From the NCBI GenBank assembly GCA_963667785.2, contig CAXXMU010000001.1:704001-768000 (forward strand): a DNA stretch of 64,000 bases, given 5' to 3'. Positions 61,330 through 64,000 of the stretch are shown piece by piece; positions within the stretch are counted from its first letter, which is position 1; each line of letters starts with the position of its first letter. This stretch comes from Alphaproteobacteria bacterium (lineage in GTDB: Bacteria > Pseudomonadota > Alphaproteobacteria > UBA828). Made by a program: the position numbers and the translations under genes. The notes below the pieces were generated by a model. It made no database searches. It was not told the origin of the DNA and saw nothing but the letters and a program-made list of their open reading frames with translations.

Positions 61330-62547
61330 ATGAAGAAGTTCGTTTCACTTGCCGCGGCCGGCGCGCTGGCGCTGGGCGCGCTATCGGCCGCGCCGGCGGC
61401 GGCGGACGATCACGAGGTCGTCTTCGGCTTCGCCGCGTCCTATTCCGGCTGGATGCAGGCCTACAGCGGGCCGTCGACCAATGCCGCGCTGATCGCCATC
61501 GACGACTGGAATGCCAAGGGCGGCCTCCTGGGCAAGCAGATCAGGCCGGTCTTCGCGGACGCCAAGACCGACCGGGCCGAGGGAGCCAAGGCCGGGATCT
61601 CGGTGATCAACGACGGCGCCGTCGCCATGGCAGTGGACTGCGACTACGACTTCGGCGCGCCCGCCGCGCTGCAGGCGCAGAACGCCGGCCTCATCTCGAT
61701 CTTCCTGTGTGCGGAGAGCGTGCTCGCCGGCATCCAGGGGATCGGCAAGTACTCCTTCTCGAGCTCGATCCTCGCCGCCGTGCAGGGCGCGACCATCGCC
61801 GAGTGGGGCTACAAGGTGAAGGGCTGGCGGACCGCCTATCTGCTGCTCGATGACGTGCTCGAGTACAACAAGGGCATCTGTTACGGCTTCGACTGGATGT
61901 GGCGCGAGGTGCTCGGCGGCGAGGTCGTCGGCCACGACGTGTACCAGAACGAGGATCCCAGCATCCAGGCGCAGGTCGACCGCATCCGGGCGCTGCCCGA
62001 GGAGCCCGACATCATCGAGAACTGCAGCTACATCCCCGGCGGGGCGAGCGCGATCAAGCAGATCCGCGCGGCCGGCATCAACGCACCCATCGGCGGCGGC
62101 AGCTCCATGACCGGGGTCTATTGGCAGGATTCGGTGCCGGGCCTCTCCGGTCACTTCGTGCCCGAGCAGGCCTCGATCTACGGTGACGATCCGCGCCCGG
62201 CGGTGCAGGAGTTCCTCAAGAAGTACGAGGCCAAGTTCGGCGAGCCGGTGAACAACCAGTACGCCTTCCCCGGCTACGTGGTGTTCGAGATGTGGGCCAA
62301 GGCCGTGGAAAAGGCCGGCACTTTCGATTCGGATGCCGTGGTCGAGGTGCTGGAGAGCTTCCGCGAGGAGCCGGTGCTGGTGGGCACGCGGACCTTCACG
62401 GACCAGCTCCACCACCAGAACTTCGCGCCCTATCTCATCATCGAGACCACCAACAACCAGCCGGCGGTCGTCGACTCCTGGACCATCTCGGAGCCGGTGC
62501 CGATGGATGTGCTGTTCGGCAAGCGTTACGAGTACATCGCCCGCTGA
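61330..62547 (+). CDS. ABC substrate-binding protein (LivK/Peripla_BP_6 family)
   Basis: Signal peptide MKKFVSLAAAG...; AIDDWNAKGGLLGKQI; GGAGG RBS. Confidence 0.88.
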   Translation: MKKFVSLAAAGALALGALSAAPAAADDHEVVFGFAASYSGWMQAYSGPSTNAALIAIDDWNAKGGLLGKQIRPVFADAKTDRAEGAKAGISVINDGAVAMAVDCDYDFGAPAALQAQNAGLISIFLCAESVLAGIQGIGKYSFSSSILAAVQGATIAEWGYKVKGWRTAYLLLDDVLEYNKGICYGFDWMWREVLGGEVVGHDVYQNEDPSIQAQVDRIRALPEEPDIIENCSYIPGGASAIKQIRAAGINAPIGGGSSMTGVYWQDSVPGLSGHFVPEQASIYGDDPRPAVQEFLKKYEAKFGEPVNNQYAFPGYVVFEMWAKAVEKAGTFDSDAVVEVLESFREEPVLVGTRTFTDQLHHQNFAPYLIIETTNNQPAVVDSWTISEPVPMDVLFGKRYEYIAR

Positions 62548-62642
62548 CCGGGCGTGGAAGCAAGCGCCCGCTAGTCGGGCGTAACGACGGGAGGGGGCTG
62601 GGGCGCCAGCGTCCCGGCCTCGCCCTTCAGCGTTGAGACCAG

Positions 62643-62677
62643 CGCCCCGTCCGGGCAACCGGGCGGGGCGTTTTTCT
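62643..62677 (+). terminator. Rho-independent terminator
   Basis: CGCCCCGTCCGG-GCAA-CCGGGCGGGGCG followed by TTTTTCT. Confidence 0.85.
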
Positions 62678-62694
62678 GGCGATATCGAGTCAAC

Positions 62695-63549
62695 TCATCC
62701 GACGTCGACCTCGATCAGCAGGCGGCAATGGTCGCTTGGGCCCCATTCGTCCGCTCTGTTGAGGGCGCGCACCGTCACCCGTTCGTGGAACCCGCGCGAG
62801 GCGATGGCGTAGTCGAACTGGCGGTTGGCCTGTTCCGGCTTGTGCCCGCTCCATACCCACGTCGGCACGTTCTTCGTGTCGGGCGGCACGTCGGGCTGCG
62901 GCCCGGACGGCTGCCAACCATCAGGCGCTTGCGGGCCCAGGAACTCCAGGCCGAGCGCCGCCATCCGGTCCCAAGCAGCCTTCTCGCGCTCGGGCAGCGC
63001 CAGGGTGTTGCCCGTCGCGCCGTAGATCATGTTGAGATCGCCCGCCGCGAGGATGCGGTGCCTGGACGGGTCCTCGTGGCCAATGAAGGCCGAGATATCG
63101 GAGAGGATGCGATGCACCGACACGTCGGAGGCGCCGACGCCCCAAGATGTGCCTGTCGACGGGTGAGGCTTCATGTACCGCGCATACATGGAGATCGCGA
63201 TGAACCCGTCGTCCGCCGGCCGGCCACGCGGCGTCACCCTGGCGGCGGCAATGGTCCCGATGCCGCTCACGGCGATGTCGCTCTCGCCCAGCTCGCTGAT
63301 CGGCGGGACCTGGCGGAAGCTCTCGACCTCGACCCGGTCGGAGAGCCGCACCACGAGCGGCCAGCGGTCAAAGAGCTGCCGGCTCCAGAATACGTTGTCC
63401 TCGTAGTGAAGCGCATGCACCAGGTCGCCGGGTGGGCTTCCGGCCTCCTGCAGAAGCGCAACGTCGACCTCGCCCCGGCGCGCCATCTCCGCCAGCTTGC
63501 GCCACGGCGGCCAGCGCTTGGCGATATTCCAGCTCACAACCCTGATCAC
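62695..63549 (-). CDS. Endonuclease/exonuclease/phosphatase (EEP) family protein
   Basis: [33 protein letters not shown]: a full EEP motif set. Confidence 0.85.
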   Translation of the reverse strand: MIRVVSWNIAKRWPPWRKLAEMARRGEVDVALLQEAGSPPGDLVHALHYEDNVFWSRQLFDRWPLVVRLSDRVEVESFRQVPPISELGESDIAVSGIGTIAAARVTPRGRPADDGFIAISMYARYMKPHPSTGTSWGVGASDVSVHRILSDISAFIGHEDPSRHRILAAGDLNMIYGATGNTLALPEREKAAWDRMAALGLEFLGPQAPDGWQPSGPQPDVPPDTKNVPTWVWSGHKPEQANRQFDYAIASRGFHERVTVRALNRADEWGPSDHCRLLIEVDVG

Positions 63550-63662
63550 TCAGTTCTTCCTCCTCTTCGGTTGCCAACGACGACCCAGCTCCTACCGCAA
63601 GAGGGCCGCCGCAGACGCGCCGCCGCTTCGTCTTTGCACACTGCTGCCACCGCGTGTTCGCC

Positions 63663-63687
63663 GCAACCGGGCGGGGCATTTTTCTGG
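63663..63687. repeat. 25-bp direct repeat of the terminator loop, 3' arm and T-tract (other copy 62655-62679)
   Basis: GCAACCGGGCGGGGC(A/G)TTTTTCTGG, one mismatch. Confidence 0.85.
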
Positions 63688-63787
63688 TAGGCCGCCGCCC
63701 CGCCGACACACCCCGAGGCATGCAGTTGTCACCCCTCTAGCGCTTTGCGATGATCGGAGCGGGCCGGGCGGCTCGGGGACTGGTGCG

Positions 63788-64000
63788 ATGGATTCTGGCG
63801 AAGAGCGCGGTGCGGGGCCCTATCTCGAAGGGCAGTTGCTCGTCGCCATGCCGACGATGGCCGATCAGCGGTTCGCGCGGAGCGTGATCTATCTCTGCGA
63901 TCACTCGGACCACGGCGCGATGGGCCTCGTCGTCAACAAGGTTCTTGAATCGCTCACCTTCTCGGACCTGCTCAAGCAGCTCGAGATCGAGGCCGAGACC
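63788..64000 (+). CDS. YqgE/AlgH family protein, 3'-truncated by the window edge
   Basis: [39 protein letters not shown]. Confidence 0.9.
   Translation, partial: MDSGEERGAGPYLEGQLLVAMPTMADQRFARSVIYLCDHSDHGAMGLVVNKVLESLTFSDLLKQLEIEAET

Overview
High-GC alphaproteobacterial chromosome segment (Rhodospirillales-like gene set; the taxonomy is inferred). Positions ~1-17,430 are a lower-GC defence/mobile island. It holds the 3' part of an IS110/IS1111 transposase with its long right non-coding end (candidate bridge/seekRNA), a GmrSD(DUF262/HNH)-Schlafen(AlbA_2) fusion and an intact IS1634 with a G18 tract. It also holds an RHH-regulated fused restriction-methylase plus a frameshift-split HsdS, a PsyrTA/RqlHI pair (RecQ-PRTase + DprA), an orphan GIY-YIG nuclease, an uncharacterised two-domain HNH-like protein and an integrase remnant. 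A ~190-bp direct repeat brackets 12.6 kb of this cargo. The rest is host backbone: alkD, ppiD, tpiA-secG-pyrG-kdsA, a small catabolic/ABC cluster, VapBC and TacAT toxin-antitoxin pairs and a complete clade I nosRZDFYLX operon with an FNR-type box. Further on lie thrB-rnhA, IOR, crotonases, M3 peptidase, CoxL-like and SorA-like molybdoenzymes, a Liv-type ABC system, an EEP-nuclease cassette flanked by a duplicated half-terminator, and algH (partial). A ~150-bp CTAG-bounded palindromic repeat family recurs in intergenic regions. No rRNA, tRNA or CRISPR array was recognised. All assignments come from motif reading, not database searches.
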